DNA of 64,000 nucleotides from an uncultured Gammaproteobacteria bacterium (GTDB lineage Bacteria; Pseudomonadota; Gammaproteobacteria; UBA6002): NCBI GenBank assembly GCA_963705725.1, contig CAVPKM010000016.1, positions 1 to 64,000 of the forward strand, read 5' to 3'. Shown piece by piece: positions 60,161 to 64,000 of this stretch (position 1 is its first letter; each line of letters starts with the position of its first letter). The notes under the pieces were generated by a model. It saw only the letters and a program-made list of their open reading frames with translations, ran no database searches and was not told where the DNA came from. The position numbers and the translations under genes were made by a program.

Positions 60161-60960
60161 CTATCTCCTAGCCTTACAAATAGTTTCATACGCCAGTTTA
60201 ATTTCCTGTGTTTTTTGGGTGGCTAATTTAATCATTTCTTCCGGTAGTCCTTTTGATACTAATTTATCAGGATGATTTTGACTCATTAATTTTCGATAAG
60301 CTTTTTTAACCTCGCCATCATTGGTTGAGGAAGTCACCCCTAGGGTGCGATAGGCTTTTTCAAGTTGATTTGCTGCCCTCAATGGGGGTTCATAGCGACC
60401 TTGGCGTGAGCCATTACTTTGATATCGCGTATTATATTGGAAGAAAAAGTCATTAGGATTAAGATTCAAGCGATAACAGATATGTTCTAAAATTCGTTGC
60501 TTGGAACGACTCGAGTATTCCCTCTGCAAAAGCGGCTTGTAATTGAATCTCGACAAAAAGATGTAATAAATTTCTTTGATTGAGGCAAGCTTCTGCTAAT
60601 TGGCTTAACATCATGTCTAGATTAAGATCGGCTTGCTTTCCTTCGTGGAAATACTGAATGGCCTGTTGTTTTTGAGTAGCACTCAGCATCATGTTTTGCA
60701 TGATCTGAGTCGCTGCACGAATTTCATTTTCAGAAACTCGACCGTCTGACTTTGCAATGTATCCCATGATTGCGAAAGTAGAACGAAAAAAAAACGGTTT
60801 GAGCTTGATTTTGTTGTTGTCGATTCGCTGGAAAAAGTGACCAATGCCCTTTAAGCGCTAAATCAAAATAATGACCTAAAATTAAACCCAAGACAGCACC
60901 GAAAGGCCCGGCTATCATGTAGCCAAAAAGCACTCCTAAAAATTTACCTAGCCAAAACAT
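60161..60960 (-). CDS. djlA: Co-chaperone DjlA, split by two +1 frameshifts (T9 tract 60786-60794; near 60512)
   Basis: N-terminal TM anchor GKFLG..GPFGA, TerB-like [16 protein letters not shown] and J-domain HPD in three consecutive ORFs. Confidence 0.88.
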
Positions 60961-61031
60961 AATTTACAACTTATAAAAGAGTATTTGAACGAGCATAATG
61001 CTATTAACCGTAACCGCACTTAAGGATCTCT

Positions 61032-62325
61032 ATGTCTCTTGTGGATTCAAATAATATTCCCCATCTTATCACGTCATTGCAAGGACCGTTACTACAATTA
61101 GAACGGCATTTTTTATCCCATCAAATAGTCATTGAATCCTGGTTCAGAAAACAACTACGGCTCACTCCTCCACCTATTCATTGCTCTGTTGATTTACGCA
61201 ATGCCGGTTTTAAAATAGCGCCAGTTGATACAAATTTATTTCCCGGTGGATTTAATAATTTAAATCCAGACTGTATTCCGCTTTGCATACAAGCCGTTCA
61301 ATCGACAATGGAACAAATCTGCCCAAACGCAAAGAAGGTATTGATTATACCTGAAAATCATACTAGAAATATTCATTATTATGAAAATATTGCCATACTA
61401 CAACGTATTTTTACCAAAGCAGGATTTGAAGTCAAAATTGGAACGCTATTACCAGAAATCACCTCCCCAAAAGAACTCGCCCTACCCTCTCAAAAAAAAA
61501 TCGTATTAGAGCCAATTTCTCGTGAAGGTAACACGATAGCAGTCAATCACTTCCAGCCTTGCCTAATATTATTAAATAATGACCTCTCTGCGGGTGTGCC
61601 TGAAATTTTACTCAATTTAAACCAGTTAATTCTCCCGCCCGTTATTGCGGGCTGGCACACACGACTCAAATCCAAACATTTTCAACATTATCAAGCAGTG
61701 GCTAAAGAATTTGCAAAGGCTTTAGATCTTGATCCTTGGCTTATTTCCCCGCTGTTTCGTTATAGTGAACAAGTAGATTTTATTGAAATGAAAGGAGAAA
61801 AATGTCTCGTAGAAGAAGCTCATCAATTACTTCGAAGCTATTCGATCTAAATATAAAGAATACCAGATAGATAAAAAACCCTACTTAGTGGTAAAGGCGG
61901 ATAGAGGCACTTACGGGATGGCCGTGATGATGATTCAACAGCCAGAGGAATTATTACAGATGAGTCGCAAGGAACGATTAAAAATGGCAAATATCAAGGG
62001 TGGGCAGGAAGTCAGCGAGGTATTAATTCAAGAAGGGGTGCATACTGAAGAAACCTGGGGAGAAAACTCTGCTTCCGCAGAACCTGTGATTTATATGATT
62101 GGCAAATATGTCGTAGGAGGATTTTATCGAGTACATGCGAATAGGGGGGTAGATGAAAATTTAAACGCGCCCGGCATGAACTTCGAACCGCTTGCTTTTA
62201 GCACTTCTTGTAATGATCCTGATGAAGTACTCGGAAGTTGTACCAATCGATTTTATGCTTATGGGGTGATTGGTCGGCTTGCGATGATTGCTGCAGCAAG
62301 AGAACTAGGAGCAAATCATGACTAA
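61032..62325 (+). CDS. gshA: Glutamate--cysteine ligase (GshA), frameshifted near 61833
   Basis: SVDLRNAGFKIAPVDTNLFPGGFNNL, PENHTRN; removing one base restores EAIRSKYKEY...VKADRGTYGM, GGFYRVH. Confidence 0.88.
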
Positions 62326-63280
62326 GCGCTTGCAAATGGCTGTCATCATGGATCCTATCGAGAGAATTAACTATAAAAAGGATACGACGTTAGCGTTAAT
62401 GCTGGAGGCACAAAAACGAGATTGGGATATTTTTTATCTGGAACAAAGGGGGGTTTATCTTAAGGACGGAAGGGCCTTTGGTAAGGGACTAAATTTAAAG
62501 GTAGTTGAAAATCCCAAATGCTGGTACCAGGCCATAGAAACACAAATCCGCCCACTAGGTGAGTTTGATATAATTTTAATGCGCAAAGACCCGCCTTTCG
62601 ACATGGAATATATCTACACCACCTATATTTTGCAATTTGCTCAAGAAGAAGGGGCGCATATCGTTAATGATCCACAGGGCTTAAGAGATGCAAATGAAAA
62701 ATTATTTGCCCAATGGTTCAAAGACTGCATGCCACCCACAATTACCACCAAGGATGGTCAGCTACTTAGGGATTTTATCGAAGACCACCAAGACGTGGTA
62801 TTAAAACCCCTTCACTCGATGGGAGGTGGGTCCATTTTTCATTTAAAATGGGGAGACGATAATATCAATGTTGCTATTGAAGTATTAACCGAAAATGGTC
62901 ACCGTCACATTATGGCACAACGTTTTATCCCAGAAATCACAAGTAGTGGTGATAAACGTATCTTTTTGATAGATGGCAACCCTTTGCCTTACGGATTGGC
63001 AAGATTCCCTGCGCCAGGAGAAATTAGAGGTAATCTTGCAGCTGGAGGAGAAGCAAAGGGCATACCCTTATCTCCTGAGGACTTGCACATTTGCAAAAAA
63101 GTGGGACCTACCCTGCGTAAAAAGGGGCTTTTCTTTGTTGGGTTGGATGTAATTGGCGGCTATTTAACTGAAATTAATGTTACCAGCCCAACGTGTGTGA
63201 GAGAACTTGAAGCTTTCTATTCAGTTAACGTTTGCGAACAGTTTTTTAGCGTATTAGAAAAAAATTATTTGTTCCGTTAA
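62318..63280 (+). CDS. gshB: Glutathione synthetase
   Basis: IMDPI, KDTT, MRKDPPFD, GDKR, RGNLAAG, EINVTSPT. Confidence 0.96.
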   Translation: MTKRLQMAVIMDPIERINYKKDTTLALMLEAQKRDWDIFYLEQRGVYLKDGRAFGKGLNLKVVENPKCWYQAIETQIRPLGEFDIILMRKDPPFDMEYIYTTYILQFAQEEGAHIVNDPQGLRDANEKLFAQWFKDCMPPTITTKDGQLLRDFIEDHQDVVLKPLHSMGGGSIFHLKWGDDNINVAIEVLTENGHRHIMAQRFIPEITSSGDKRIFLIDGNPLPYGLARFPAPGEIRGNLAAGGEAKGIPLSPEDLHICKKVGPTLRKKGLFFVGLDVIGGYLTEINVTSPTCVRELEAFYSVNVCEQFFSVLEKNYLFR

Positions 63281-64000
63281 ATGCTTTCATTTTGTTTTCT
63301 AATTCGCTGTCTTTCCAGTATCAATTTTGCCTTGCTTCCTGGAATTTTATCAGGATAGAGCGTTGCCATTGAAACGGATAACCCATTTTGAGTCTTCATG
63401 CGAGTATGTGTACGATTAAGTTCTCTTGGCTCTTTGATACCACAGGAATGACAAATCACGCCAATCTCGTAATTCATGTTCATAGCATAATTGTAGACAC
63501 GAACCGCCTTGTTTGTGGGATCAAGACCATAAGTATAACGCGGATCGTTTGACGTGATTCCAGTAGGACAGGTGTTTAAGTGACAACGTAGCGCTTGAAT
63601 GCATCCCAATGAAAACATAAAGCCTCGTGCTGAATTCACAAAGTCCGCACCCACGCAAAGCGACCAGACGACCTCTGCGGCAGTGATCAATTTACCGGAT
63701 GCAATGATTTTAATTCGATCTTTTAATCCATACTCTACAAGTGTATCAACTAATACAGGCAGGGCTTCTGTTATTGGGATACCCATGTAATCCATTAAGC
63801 TCATTGGGGCAGCACCGGTGCCACCCCCTGCCCCATCCAAAGTAATAAAGTCTGGAGCAGAGTCAAGGCCTCTCTCTAGAATCAGGGTACATAATTCTTC
63901 CAGCCACTCGAAACCACCTAAACAAATCTTAAATCCAGTAGGCTTTCCAGTCACGTCTCGGACATGATTGATAAAATCAAGAAGTTCGGCTGAGTTGCCA
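63277..64000 (-). CDS. FMN-binding glutamate synthase family protein, 5' part outside the window
   Basis: KPTGFK, DFITLDGAGGGTGAAP, SARGFM, GCIQALRCHLNTCPTGI. Confidence 0.9.
   Translation of the reverse strand, partial: GNSAELLDFINHVRDVTGKPTGFKICLGGFEWLEELCTLILERGLDSAPDFITLDGAGGGTGAAPMSLMDYMGIPITEALPVLVDTLVEYGLKDRIKIIASGKLITAAEVVWSLCVGADFVNSARGFMFSLGCIQALRCHLNTCPTGITSNDPRYTYGLDPTNKAVRVYNYAMNMNYEIGVICHSCGIKEPRELNRTHTRMKTQNGLSVSMATLYPDKIPGSKAKLILERQRIRKQNESI

Noticed and set aside
60161-62325. Programmed frameshifting or true gene splits in djlA and gshA
   Set aside because: No programmed frameshift is known to me for these families and no stimulatory signals were seen; single-base insertions explain all three breaks.
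1878-63790. Numerous 60-130 aa ORFs overlapping or antisense to conserved genes
   Set aside because: No recognisable motifs, and they overlap well-supported CDSs; treated as shadow ORFs.
1-64000. tRNA, rRNA, integrase, transposase or prophage genes
   Set aside because: None recognised by eye in the intergenic regions or in the ORF translations.

Overview
AT-rich gammaproteobacterial chromosome segment whose gene content points to a Legionellales/Coxiellaceae-like host-associated bacterium (inference from eukaryote-like effector genes, a Legionella-MOMP/Lpg1974-like porin, KdoO and the glmS/tkt-gap-pgk-pyk and parC-coq7-rpe-djlA-gshA-gshB clusters). Most of the window is housekeeping (priA, rimK, aroE, hemH, cydAB, polA, glmS, glycolysis, engB, rsmE, rpiA, prlC, tolC, waaA, efp/epmA, parC, gshAB). 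Most unusual features: (1) a tandem pair of F-box + RCC1-repeat effector-like genes; the long copy ends in an acidic tract and a CCVM prenylation motif, and the short copy lacks exactly five 156-bp repeats and has the same CCVM tail shifted out of frame at a poly-A tract; (2) a 1117-aa outer-membrane protein built from three tandem porin-like barrels joined by Cys-containing linkers; (3) two RNAs not in the ORF track, a 6S-like RNA away from the usual zapA-ygfA site and an RsmY/Z-like GGA-repeat sRNA; (4) a small dispersed GTAACTATT...AATAGTTAC palindromic element; (5) an ankyrin/TM effector candidate with an NLS-like and a SIM-like motif; (6) a Pol I lacking most 3'-5' exonuclease carboxylates. 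Five small frameshifts in four conserved genes look like sequencing errors, so single-base claims need read-level checks. All calls come from reading the sequence by eye; no searches were run.
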